64,000 nt of DNA from Tubiluchus corallicola (lineage: Eukaryota > Animalia > Priapulida): positions 39,742-103,741 of the forward strand of contig JAQGDQ010000346.1 of assembly GCA_030141605.1 (NCBI GenBank), in the 5' to 3' direction. Below, in pieces: positions 1 to 13,300 of the stretch (position 1 is its first letter; every line of letters begins with the position of its first letter). Made by a program: the position numbers and the translations under genes. A model generated the notes under the pieces. The model ran no database searches, was not told the origin of the DNA, and worked only from the letters and a program-made list of their open reading frames with translations.

Positions 1-415
1 GCAATACGTAACCGCCAGTGTACTTCGTTCAGTTACGTATTGCTTTATATGTATTGTGTACGTTCAGAAATCTGGTACTGGAGATAGGCCTAAGTGTTTT
101 TAGAAACATGTTTCAAACTGCATAACAAACTCGCAGACGTCTAGACGCGAAATGAACTAGAACAACCCTAATAGGCAAAACAAGGTGCCAGAAAGCTTAT
201 GAGTCTGTGCCATATTTTCCTGTAATTATGGGAAATGTTTAAACAAAACACGCATGTGATGACAAAAGTTCTGTTGTTGGTGCTCGCTCGATACCCATGA
301 TGGTGGTGTGGATTAGGTACTCTATGTAGTACTATGCCATCCACTTTTGGTGCGAGTGGATGTAAGATCCACTAGTAGAATGTTCATGCAGTAACGCTTC
401 ATTTTTTCACTTTAG

Positions 416-981
416 GTCTTTATTATGCAGTTCTCATAATCGTCGTCTCGACTGCTACGTTGTCTACAGTTGTCACCATGAAAATCGACATGCAGGGGCA
501 CAAAGGAAGGAGGTTGCCATATTTGGTGCGGAAGCTTTTCTTCGGCGTGGTGGCCAAATTTACATTAACCGATGTTTACGCAGGCACAAGAGAGAAGAAA
601 GCAGCTTGGACACACGAGAAGAAGCGTGAAAAGGAAAAAGCGCGCAATGCAGACGACAAAGAAAAGGGCCCGGATGCACTGGAACCCATCGAAGCGCCAT
701 CACTTATTGATAACGACGTTAAACTTCTGATCATTCGGCAGGAGTGGCGCGCTCTGTCGTGCATTTTAGATCGACTTTTGCTTTTAATTTTTTTAGTTAT
801 GATTATATATGTTGCGATGAGCTGTATTTTTCCAGGAGTTGTACCGCTGCCTAGTGACTTGAGCTTTCAGCAGCAACCGGATGCCAAAGACATTTTTGAA
901 GGGTCTACGACTACGGCAACGCCAACATCTAGCGTAATCGAAACCTTAATGGAAAACGTAACCAGCGGCAAAAATTTTTAA
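416..981 (+). CDS. Terminal exon (M3, intracellular loop, M4, C-terminal tail) of a Cys-loop nAChR-like channel subunit, paralog A; upstream exons lie outside the window
   Basis: Acceptor ttttttcactttag|GT at 415/416 (phase 1). Reads GLYYAVLIIVVSTATLSTVVTMKID...EWRALSCILDRLLLLIFLVMIIYVAM...NF-TAA(979-981). EW-x6-DR before M4 is the nAChR MA/M4 signature. Colinear with the exon at 29452-29975. AATAAA at 995-1000. Confidence 0.9.
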
Positions 982-3900
982 CTGCATGTTACTCAATAAA
1001 TTTTTCGTAGGGCGTAATATCTCACATTATTCCTCTATTAGATGTCCAGCATTTATTCTAAGTATCGACAAACAAATGATTAGAAATGAAAGATTAATTT
1101 CTCTGTGGCTATCTGCAGCTCTTGGTAAACTGAGAATGTATTCAATCTTAAAATAATTTGATCAACCCTATCTTCAAGCAGCTGTTCTGGATATGCAGAA
1201 ATTAAGCGGCGGCGGGTCTGGCTAACGATGGGTGATCGCCCAGAAAAAATGACGTGGGGAACTTGTCCCTTTTTTTAATTTGCACGCAGCTTTTCTCTGT
1301 TCCAGGATATGTGTCCAAGGAAGAATACTTGCTCATATGCTATTTCTTAAACGAGAGATAAGAGCAAAGCTTTTCACTTTTCTCAATCTATGGAGACATT
1401 TAGAAATGTCCCATTATGAAAGTTTATTCTTGCATATTAGTCTTTTATGCTATTAGGAGTTTACTGTCATTCCTATCTAAAAAATAATCATTATTGGCTA
1501 TATTAAGTCATTACTTTTTTACTAACGTCTATGTTAATTAGTTAGTTATCTACAACTGTTAATCATTATTAACCATTAAATGTTTTTTCAATATATCTGT
1601 TTCTAAATTAATCGTTTCTTGCTTTTTGCTACCTCTGACGAACATTGCCAGGTAAAAATTTCCAATTTTGAGTTTCAAGTTTTAACACCCATATTTCAAG
1701 TTCTACCTACGTGCCAAATACGACTGCTGGACCTGCAACATCCTTCGGTTAATGCTCTGAACAGACAGGCATGGTTGCAGCTGTTGATTACAAGCGCGGC
1801 TTCTACAGGGTCGTCCAGAAAAACGTCCTGCCAAATTAACTTGTGAATCTGCATCCTGGTAGATGTGTTTGTAAAAGAAGCCCATATCATTGTGTAGCTT
1901 AGTTTCTTCTCTAAGGAACTATAAACGTCCCTCCAAGACCCCAACGAAGTGCCGCTAGAATGGTTTTTTGTACTCGATTTGGGGAGTTCAAGTATGTCTT
2001 GTTTTGAACAACGTTAAAATGAAAAATATATTTCAAAAGTTTTATTTTCAAAACATTCAGCTATAAAACAAGGGCTTCTGTAGACGCGTATTAGAATAAT
2101 CTTATCTAAACCTTTGAAATTTCAAGCGCCAAATTTATCGAATTTACCAAACAAACACTAATCTATTTGTCTAGGGTATTATGTTATTCTGTTTTTTAAT
2201 TGATACAGGTTGTATTACATTCCACGGTGGAAGCCCCGAGAGCTTCTTCTGAAATTTATTTATACGCTTGAAGAAGATGAATGATCAAGTCGGGAGAAGA
2301 CATGTTATTTTAGCTTCTTTTATCTGTCACTTGTATTATTAGTTTTCCACAGAGATATTGTTATATAATTTCATTTCAGAAAATCTTTCAGGGGAGTTCA
2401 CCGTTGTGAGATCAACAGGAAGTTGTGTCAAATCTCAGGAACTGATTAACAGAAATTAAAACGTTATACACAGTTTAAAACTGGAGCCAAGACTAGCGTT
2501 CTGCAATATGCTTGATCATATTATTGCAGCACAACTATGACCAAGCTGAAAACTTCATATATATATATATATATATATATATAGCTTAGTTCTCGCAACA
2601 GATTATTGTTGCCGGACATAATGGGTTTTGTTTTAGTAAATTTTAATCCGTTTAACTAGTTAATAGACGCGTTAATTACGTTGTCCTACAGTAAGTATCA
2701 TGATTTCAGTATATGATAAACTAAAACGTAAACTTGCTTTGTTGCAGCTCAAGTAATTGCTAAACGTAATTAAGGAAATAGTAAATTTATTTAGCAGTTG
2801 CACAGCATACATTAGCAATTCTCCTGACGGAAAAATTGCCAAGCAGCGCAAAGCTACATATCAAGTTATTAATAAATTAACACCAATAATGATTTCGTTT
2901 TAGGACAGATATTTCGGCGCCATGTGACGATTTCGACAAACATATTAGCCCAGTTGCTGGGCCTTTTCTCAGTCCTTGTATATAAGCGTAGTTATAGCCT
3001 ATGACTGATTCAATGAAAGCATTCAATGAAAACGTAGTGGCCTTGCTTTGTTCCCGGCGATTGAATAACCGTGTGGCGAACTAGGAAAATCCGCACAGTA
3101 CTTTTCGGCACCATGTCACGAACTTGTAGAAGTTCTAGTTATTTTGTTTGCTCTTAAATGTGTGGGAGTTTTTAAGCTATCAGACTAAAGGATTTTATTG
3201 TATCTAAAGGAAGTTGACAAAAAGCTTATTATTAACATTTTATTGATCTTTACTGTAGCTCCTAGCTAGAGATAAATAAAAGCAAAGAACGTATGACTAA
3301 AACATCATGGTGGAATTACTTATTTACAACAGTTGAAATACAATGTTGAAATACAATAATAAATGTGTTAGATGTCATGTTAAGTTACAGTCATAAATGT
3401 TAGTGCTAATTTCTCTGTTTTTCTGTGCACACTATCGTACTATATAAGTACTCTGTAAAAACGCTTATACATCGGCTACAAATTAGTTATAAACATGTTA
3501 GAAATTGTTATGATATGGAGAAAAACCTGTTCCAACCGTTTAATGCACCACACAGGTTCTTCCCCAAGGGCCAACTTCTTGCCTACATTGTTAGGCTACC
3601 ATATGCATTTAGATAATTACGTAGTTAATGAGGCGATGACAGTAGTGATTCACTTGGCTTTAAAGTTATTCATTACAATTACTCTACAGAAGTTTAGGTT
3701 ACATGGAATACTACTTAACATACTTTAAGTAGAATAATACACAATAATTGTCCAATCGAAAAGCTGTTTCCGACAAGCCATGTTTAACCAAGCATCACAA
3801 TAACTTTGTTTTGGTTTATGTAACTGACTTCATCATAATGTTTTTTATCTACGACTCAAGTAACTAATCATTACGATTGCGCACTAATTCTTTTGGTCAG

Positions 3901-4014
3901 TGCAACTGGCATCACAAGTACCTTGCTTCGCTCTGTAGACGAAGTATTACTGTAGGACAAGCCTCTACCTGAAGAATGCAAGAATGGTCTGCGTTAGTAC
4001 TCGCAAACTATATG

Positions 4015-4246
4015 CTTTGAGTTCGCTTTAACGCGGAATGGTTTCAGCACTTGATCTCCTTCGGTAAGATTGCAGAAAACTCATACTCACAGCAGGTCGT
4101 CTCAGAAAGTGAGGATGAACAAGTAAATATTAAGTTCGCTTTGAGTTCGCTTTAACGCGGAATGTTTTCAGCACTTGATCTTCCTTCGGTAACATTCCAG
4201 AAAACTCATATTCACAGCAGGTCGTCTCAGAAAGTGAGGATGAACT
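4015..4246. repeat. Tandem duplication of a ~125-bp unit (2 copies)
   Basis: ctttgagttcgctttaacgcggaatg...gcaggtcgtctcagaaagtgaggatgaac occurs at ~4015 and again at ~4139 with few differences. Confidence 0.9.
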
Positions 4247-4376
4247 AATAAATAATAAAAGTAAAGAAAGAGGGTTTCAAATTGGAGCACGGAGCTCATC
4301 GCTATCTAATTTAAGTAATAGTATGTAATTGAAAAATGTAGCTGTGTAAATATGATTGTGGTAGCAGACCTGTTAT

Positions 4377-4603
4377 TTTGAGAAGGCGTTTGACAGTGTG
4401 TGGTTAAATAGGTTTATTTTCAAGCTTTATTATGATTACACTTGCCTCAGAGGCAATATGATCAGTATTCTCATAAGGTTTTTGAAAAACAGATACCTAT
4501 TGATTAATGTTAATGAGTATCAGTCTGAAAACAAGACGTTACGTAGGTGTGCCACAAAGTTCACTTTTGTCCTTCTGTTATTTTTATTTTGCGTTGTTGA
4601 TAT
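4377..4603 (+). mobile_element. Degenerate non-LTR (LINE) reverse transcriptase fragment
   Basis: Translates as EKAFDSVW...FKL...FLKNR...VNEYQSE, then after a frameshift GVPQSSLLS. These match the LINE RT motifs KAFD-V and GVPQGSxLSP. Confidence 0.75.
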
Positions 4604-7282
4604 TTTTCTTAACATATTTATAAATTGAAACATGCAAGTTAATTTTATACAAATATGTCATGAAATGGTCTAATAAACTCCATGTCTAATAAAAATAGGC
4701 TATCTTCACCACTGATCCAGACAATATCAATAATATAATAGCTATTGTTACCATGACCCAATATATTAATACCACTTTTAATTTATGGATTAGTGTCTAC
4801 GCAAGCGTAGTTATATTGAGGACATATATTGTGGCGCAAGACGACAGTGTGTGATATAGTTTGTATATGTTGTTTGTCTACTTTAGATATTATATACAAA
4901 AGTGCAGATAGTGAATGCATCCTTAAATTAAAGGAACTAAAAGAACATCTTGAGACGCGTGAGTCATTAACATGAGAAAGCATACCGCCAATTTCGCTGC
5001 AGTAAAAGCATTTGCAAAACTGGTAAAAGGTTTTAATGTTAGAAATAGCTCGTTAATTGAATTTGTATTAGGTAAATTCATTTACGCGAAAACTAAGTAA
5101 AAGAACTTTTCAGCGTCCCTTTCTTTCTTCAACTCATTGCCAGCAATGGGTTATAACTGTTGTAAAATAAACCGCAATAATTTATCAACATTCTGGCATT
5201 CACCGTCATAATCTTATTAACGATATATAAAAGAACTTCCAAGGCATTTGTGGAAGTGGAAACTTTCAAAATTGTAATCAGTTATGGAGAATAGGAATTT
5301 TAACAGAGATAGGAATTCGAATAAGGATGAGAATAGAAATTACAATCTACTTCCCTAAGGTCTGGTGCTTTCGTTAGCTATAAATATGATAGAAAGATTG
5401 TTACTTTGGCCACGAATCTGTTTGTAAACACAGTTATTAGGTTTTAACGTAGAATTCTACATAGAATTGAGGCAATACGTGCAAACTATCGCAAATGTCT
5501 TGCAAATTTTCCCCCAGTGTCCGCGAATCCAATTAGATGTTAAAAATTACTTGCAGTGCAACACTTGACTGCAAAAAGAAAGGTGTACAATTTCTACAAT
5601 TGTATTGTATTTAAGCTGAGTGACTTACTATTATTATTATTTTTATGAAAAGGAATTTTGCATTTTGCACCTTTTTGATCAACGTTTTGCTCTATCTCTA
5701 CCGCAAGACTGGCACCTGCCATGTTTTTTTTTATTATAAAGTATTGCGTTCTGGAAGGCGGGATCCAGTACTCAAGGGTCTGCCTTATGTGGGGAATCCT
5801 ATACCTGTGGGGAATAAGAATATACAGTTTATTATCAAGAGTAATCCTCTGGAACGAGACCACTAAGTTGATAGAGATGCCTTAGTCAGGTTCGGATGCG
5901 TGTACATCATTTTCTGAAAGAAGTAATTAAGTAGAAACACAGTGGAATATAAAACCTCTCAGAAACAATTTTTCCTCTGGTTTCTCATCTATTAACTTAC
6001 CAAGCTCGGCGTTATATAACTTCGGTTGTGCTAGACATTCACTACGACCACTCAGTTATTCTACTTGCTCTCTTCGCCTTAGTGCAAATGACTGGAAATT
6101 CGCGTAAAATAAGTTATAGTTAGTATCCGGGTGGAAGTTATTTTAAAGTCAAGTTTTTACTCAATAAATAATTTTAATCATACTTAATAAATGTACATAG
6201 CATAATCTTATCTAAGTAAATGAGTGTAATTAATGTAGTCATTATCGTCGTTGCCACCGTCGTCATCGTCGGTGCCATATTTAATGTAACATAAGTATAG
6301 TAAAGTAAACATAAGTAAAGTAAAAGTGAAACAAAATTACAGTTTTAAAAATATTAAGTAAGAACCTCATTTCGTAGCTAACAATTAACCTTAACTTAAA
6401 TTTGCAGAGTTAGAGCCAAGCAGCTCTGGGTTTCTCAAAGCATGGATGAAAAAGACAAATCAGATATGGCATAGGGCAGAGTGGCCAGTTAATAAATACT
6501 GGTAACCACTCCATGCAAAACAAAACAATAAATCACCAAAGAAGTGTCTGAACCCAATTTTCGCCTAGAGAAACATGTTAAAAAATGCAACTAGGATTCG
6601 AACACAGAAATCCTTGCAGTATCAGGCCGCATTCTTTTGCATTTGAGGCATCAACTCACTTGTAGAGCATGTCTGAATTCTCATACTAAAACAGTACACA
6701 ATCTGATGGCGAATTCTAGTACACTAACAACATTTCAGTGGCTTCTTCATTCAATTAATTAACCGTCAGTCTAAATGCTAATTACACATCAAGAGTCAGG
6801 GTTATTAAATCTTGCTCATCTCAGGTTAGTATTTGAAAATCTATCATAGGGTTAAGGACAGCTAATTTTATTACAACAGATTTATAACAAGCATACATAC
6901 ACTGCCTGGTCACATTATGACATTTCTACAAACTGGAGAAATGGGGGATCAGTTTGAGGTCGACAGTTCAGCTGCGCCGAGAACTGAAGCCATCTGCATT
7001 AACTAGCCCACTCACAGTGGCTTCTGGGTTTACATTTGCTATGTGAAAATAGCCACAGATTAGCAAAGCGTTTTACTTCCAGAGTAGCAAGCATCGCAAA
7101 GCTGATGTTTACTAAACACGCTGCTGGATTCTACATGCATTCTTTTGGACTGGAAGCAAGGCAGTTATATAATAGTTTTTTACAAGGTCTCGTGTACGAA
7201 CATTAAACTCCGTGGAGTAATTTGTCGTGAAGTTTTTTGCCTACAAGTTTGCGCCTACAAAGGAAAACTTGAGCCTTACATC

Positions 7283-7343
7283 ATGGCTACAAAGGAAAAC
7301 GAGTGGATACTTGTTCTCATGTGCTTTACATTGCTTTTGAAAG
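7283..7343 (+). CDS. Candidate first coding exon (signal peptide) of Cys-loop receptor paralog B
   Basis: atcATGg context; encodes [20 protein letters not shown]; donor AAG|gtacgg in phase 1. Joined to the phase-1 exon at 17922 it completes a signal peptide (...[12 protein letters not shown]). The join spans a 10.6-kb intron and is inferred. Confidence 0.65.
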
Positions 7344-10300
7344 GTACGGTATCGTTCATGTGTTCGACCAATAAATATAAAGCACAAGAAAGCACTCTTA
7401 CAAATAAAGCTTAAAAATCATCATATTATATCCCTTATATCCCTAATTTTATATCCCTTGCGTGATGTTTTACTGCATACATGGCTTGCGTTAGCAGCAA
7501 CGCTGCGTGAAACTTGTAAATTTAAACTCCGATGACAGTTGGGCGCAATCACGTTAACGGTAAGTCATTTGAAACAAGTTTAGATAACATTGTGCAAACC
7601 TTGAAAAATAATCAGTGCATTCGTAGTAAACAAAAGTATGAATTACTGTATCTTGTCAATAAGATTAAAAATATGTTTAATTTTGATGAATCAACACGGT
7701 GCACACTAGAAAATTAAGCCAGTGAAGTTTTACAAGTTGGTGGGAACATTTTAAATTACTAAGAATTTTTTTCTAGTTACGTAAGTGTCAAGCAGACAAG
7801 CGTAATGCTAAGTAACATAACTTCATGTGGAAAGTTTTTAGGGAATTATTTTGAAATTACCTTTTCTTCCTCTTTAATAATATAAGCACACGAAAAGCAA
7901 TACTAAATTGTTGAAAGTTTGAAAAAGTTTTGCACCTCTAGACTAAGCAATTTTTCACTTTTGGATGCGTAGTGAACGAATCGCAATCTCTAAAAAAATC
8001 TTAAATATTTCAATATTTTTGGCAAAAATAAAATAGGAAATCTATATTCAGCTATGTTAATTATTTTAATAGGTATATTTGATGGCCCTTTGGGTTTTTT
8101 AATGTTGAAGGTTCTTGTTGTATTAATTATATCTACCAGTGAGACTACTCTTGGCTTTATCTCATTGAATATTTTGAGATTTTCTGGTCAAGTTTTGGTC
8201 CTGAAAATTTGCCCATTTCAATGTTTATTCCTTTTAATACGTCACCCATTTCTTTAGGGTTATCTGTAATTACTTTTTTTTACCTTTAAATGGTAATATC
8301 ATTTATATTTTTACTTTTGTGTCTGTTAATCACTTCATATGTAATTTTCCGTTTTTCTTGTACACTGTTTTCACTATGACATTTACTCTTATAAAATTCG
8401 TTTTTCAGTTTACTTGTGGTTATTTCCTGCTCTCTTGCCTTCGTTGAAATTTCCAGTGGTTTTACGCTTCATGTATTTACTACGCAGTATGTTTTTTGTC
8501 CCCCTTTTCGTTTTGAGCACATTACTGGCTCATTTAGGCTCTGTGTTTGGTTTTTTGGAAATTGATTTTGAAAATTTTTGTTGGTTGATTTTCGTCGTTA
8601 ACGACTCCAAGATTGTATTTATCTAGGAGTCTAAAATATTCTTTGTAAGCAGGATGGTTTCATTTGTTCAGGTCAATGTTGAAGTCCCCCAGCACATTTT
8701 CATTAAGGGAGTTGCGAGGCGAGTAAAATAACACTGGCTTTTTTACCCACTTATCAGGATCGCTCCACAAGCATGCTTTTATGCAATCTGCTAATTTAGC
8801 GAGGTACAGTTTACTTAAATGAAGGCCATCTTTTGCTACAAATCTGTCTGCTACGATGCAATAAGTGATTGTGCAACTCGCATAACTCTGCTACACTAGC
8901 CATCTCTTTTATTGCACCATTAACTATCTGAATCATCTTGTTCAGTTCTTCTGTGGCTCTCGGCGTAACATTCCAATGTTTATTTGGATTATAAATGCTG
9001 AATTATAGCTTCCAAACACAATCAGCGCTTGAAATTTTTGTTGAACTATATTAACACATTTTTTATCCTGAACTTTAGTAAGTTGGTAATTCTTTGTTTA
9101 TATGACAGTTCATTCACGTGTTTCTCAGTTTCCTGTATAATGTCATTAATGTCACAAAGATAACAATAATGTCTAATCTTTGTGCTGGATGTTGTTTTAC
9201 TAAGTCCATATTAAGTTTTTCCAGAGTCAAACCCAGAAATGACTGTACCTGTTCATTACAACCGATGTTCTGTGGCTTTAAAGGCAGCCCTGGAGTCTCC
9301 TAGTAAAAGGGTACTAGTTGACGGATGGATCTTTTTCGGTCGTCTTGTGTATTGTCTTATTTCTTCTAAGTTATCTTGAGAGGGCGTATTCTTTGCCATC
9401 TTCTTGTACTGCCAGCGGTCGATCTGCGACTTCGTCAGTTCGTGTGTCATTGTCGCTACTGTCTCACTTATTCAATTCTAGTTGCAATTGATTTAATTTT
9501 TCGTCCTTGTTTTTCCATTCGCGTTGTGCATCAACGAATTCTTCATTAATGATTTTCATCTCTTCCTGCGCGCGCATTAAAGCCTCATTGCGTCTCTCAA
9601 CTCGTATTCCATCTGGGTTAACTTTTTGTCACTGTTACTGGCGTGGGAAAGCGATGCCTCATTGTTTCTGAAATCTTACTAAACACAGTTTAGAGTCAAC
9701 TCATCTGAATTTACTTTAAAATACTAAACATTATTTTTTATAAAACTAATCGATTTATATTTATCTATAGCCTTTTTAAATGAGCTACTAATAAATGGTT
9801 ATTATTATTACAGATTCAACATTTAAAATGCATCATGATGATGGTATGCCAGATGATTATAATGCATAATGATGATGATAAACATTTACTTGAATGAGCA
9901 TTCTTGCTTGAGTTTCTTACAAATGCTGCTTTCCTTTTGCAGTCATAGGCACCGACATCGTTTTTGAACCATTTTGCTGCGACAGATAGGCGCTGAAAAC
10001 TGCTAATATAATTAACTTACCTCCCTCCAAGAAAACTGAGATGAATCATTAATATTTTTGTAGCTCCCGTCCACAATGGTAGCCAAATAACCGAGCAAAT
10101 AGTGAAAAACAGACAAGCACAGGCGCACATAAACACGCAGCTAAACACACAAACAGACTAACTTACGCTTAGATGAGATTAGAGAGAGTAAATAAGTTAA
10201 ACGTTAAATGATACATTTTTATTATCTCTCTGTCAAACATAGACTGGTCTACTTTTATTCTACCGAACTTTAATTGCCCACAATTGGCCTTTAACAAGAC

Positions 10301-13300
10301 TATGAATCTGAGTTTATTCGTGTGATTGGCTGACTGTTAAAACTCCCGCATCTTTATATTTCAATAAAATAGATGAACTGGCGTTATACAGTAAATTTGC
10401 GTGTACGTTTAAATGAGGATTGTAACTGGACGGTTATATTTGTTTTTCCACAGTAAATTTTAGACTAATCAAAGATTTTATAGTTGGAATTTTATGTGAT
10501 TAGGATAAAGAAAAATGATATCTAAAATTATGCAGTTAAATACTGACCAATTCCAACATTACTTTAAGTGTAACTGTCCATATTTAGTGTATAGATTAAT
10601 AATATTGTTCCGCCGTCGGGTTCTCGCCGCTATGGTTTTAGCAACCACCCCTGGACGGTTTGAAGTGCTATCGGTGGGCGAGAGGCCTCGGTTCGAAATC
10701 GACATCCTAAAACAGAACTAACAAAGCAAGCAACTGGGAAACATTCACCAGCTTAAAAAGAGTGGTATAAGGCCCGACCAAAAACTTAGCTAACATACTA
10801 ATTTTGTAAACACTAGATTGTTACTTTTACCTTGTCATAACCGAAATATACAGCTGGCTAAACATGAAAAACACAGAAAACCAATCTAGCCTTGAGGGCT
10901 TACCACTCCCTTACATTACGCCGAAACAGTTGGAAGACAAGTCCTGGGAGGACGGGTGCAGGCTTGTCCTGTTTGGCGTTACAAACACCAGCAACCACCG
11001 GACTCAAAGAAACAGGATGCGGCACTTGTATTTATAGACTTGCAGGTGAAAACGGGTGAGTATTCGAATTTAGAGCCAATCAGAACGCGGGATTTATGAA
11101 TTCAATTCCAGTAAGATAGTATATTTTAAATTTATAAGGGTGTTTTACTTTAACACGACTCGAAATAACTAACAGGCCGCATATCTGTGTTATTGAATGA
11201 GTGAAAAGCTAGTACGTAAAATAGAGCGAAGCTCAACCCCGCAACAATATTGAGGACTAGCTGAAATAGACGAATTTAAACTAACAGGCTGAATGACCTT
11301 ATATTAGATACGTAGTTTAGTTATTGTTCATACAAGAATAGAATTTTTAATTATACGTATAGAAGTAAAGAAAAAGAAACTTCCTAATTTCCCAAAGAAA
11401 AACAAAAACAAACATGAGCGCAGATCACTTTTAAAAAGTGGTGGTGGGGAGGGTGTAGGTGGCAGCTAATCAATACTAATCAAGAGTGTACGCCGATAGT
11501 CGACGGGGAGCCAATCTCCTTACGAACACTCATTATCTTTAACTGGTTTTGGTGCACCTGTTCAATTTGAGAAAGTGAACGTATGTCCAGTCAGCACTAG
11601 CGACTTGGTTTGTTTATCAATAAATGACGCTATAATGCATGTCATAACCAGACTCTTATGCCAAGCACAGTTGTATTGAAAGTTTTTACTGTTACTGCAT
11701 AAACAAATGTGGCATTAAAACGTTAGGTTAAGTATGCATCACCATGTAACCAAATTATAAAAATTGTGCATACACGTTGTTTATATTAGCCTCAAAATAA
11801 TGAGTAGCACCAGAGTTAGTCTCTAAATAATGAGTAGCACCAGAGTTAGTCTCTAAATAATGAGTAGCACCAGAGTTAGTCTCTAAATAACGAGTAGCAC
11901 CAGAGTTAGTCTCTAAATAACGAGTAGCACCAGAGTTAGTCTCTAAATAACGAGTAGCACCAGAATTAGCCTCTAAATAACGAGTAGCACCAGAGTTAGC
12001 CTCAAAATAATGAGTAGCACCAGAATTAGCCTTAAAATAATGAGTGGCTGCAGGGTTAGACTCTAAATAATGAGTAGCACCAGAGTTGGCCTCTAAATAA
12101 TGAGTAGCACCAAAGTTGGCCTCTAAATAATGAGTAGCACCAGAGTTAGCCTTAAAATAATGAGTAGCACCAGGGTTAGCTTCAAAATAATGAGTAGCAC
12201 CAGAATTAGCCTTAAAATAATGAGTAGCACCAGAGTTGGCCTCTAAATAATGAGTAGCGCCAGAATTAGCCTTAAAATAATGAGTAGCACCAGAGTTAGC
12301 CTCAAAATAACGAGTAGCACCAGAGTTAGCCTTAAAATAATGAGTAGCACCAGGGTTAGCTTCAAAATAATGAGTAGCACCAGGGTTAGCCTTAAAATAA
12401 TGAGTAGCACCAGAGTTAGCCTCTAAATAACGAGTAGCACCAGAGTTGGCCTCTAAATAATGAGTAGCGCCAGAATTAGCCTTAAAATAATGAGTAGCAC
12501 CAGAGTTAGCCTCTAAATAATGAGTAGCACCAGAGTTGGCCTCTAAATAATGAGTAGCACCAGAGTTAGCCTCTAAATAATGAGTAGCTCTAGAGTTACC
12601 CTCTAAATAATGGGTAGCACCAGAGTTAGCCTCTAAATAATGAGTAGCTCTAGAGTTACCCTCTAAGTAATGAGTAGCTCCAGAGTTACCCTCTAAGTAA
12701 TGAGCAGCACCAGAGCTAGCCTCTAAATAATGAGTAGCACCAGAGTTAGCCTCTAAATAATGAGTAGCTCTAGAGTTACCCTCTAAGTAATGAGTAGCTC
12801 CAGAGTTACCCTCTAAGTAATGAGCAGCACCAGAGCTAGCCTCTAAATAATGAGTAGCACCAGTGTAAGTCCATGCGTTTATCAGGCGTGTTCTAGACAG
12901 CTATGTTCTCTCTAGGAAGAGCAAATACAATTAAGATTAATGAACGTTTAGTGTAGATTTAGGCCTAGTTGTCTTTGAATTCGCAGGCAATGTTATTCTA
13001 GTTACGATGACAACGTGTCTCAGGAGGCAAGCCTGTGCGATTATGTGTGGAAATCATTATGCGGATATTAATTATTTAAACCTAGAAGTACTGCGCCATT
13101 AAGCATAAGCTCTGCAACTCAGCACAATAATGTCCGTAGTAAACAGGAATGAATATTAAATGAGACTTGGTTTGCATATGAACCCAAATGGATGTGAAAC
13201 GCAGAAACCACAATCTGACGTTGTTCCTTAACCCTATATTCGTTTCTCGTTTTACCTGATTCATACAAGGAACAATATTCAACCCGTATTTGTTGTTCGT

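Noticed and set aside
576-764. Antisense ORFs similar to each other (576-764 and 29612-29842)
   Set aside because: Shadows of the two paralogous sense exons.
11786-12863. CRISPR-like array
   Set aside because: Units are contiguous with no unique spacers, there are no cas genes, and the context is eukaryotic; it is a minisatellite.
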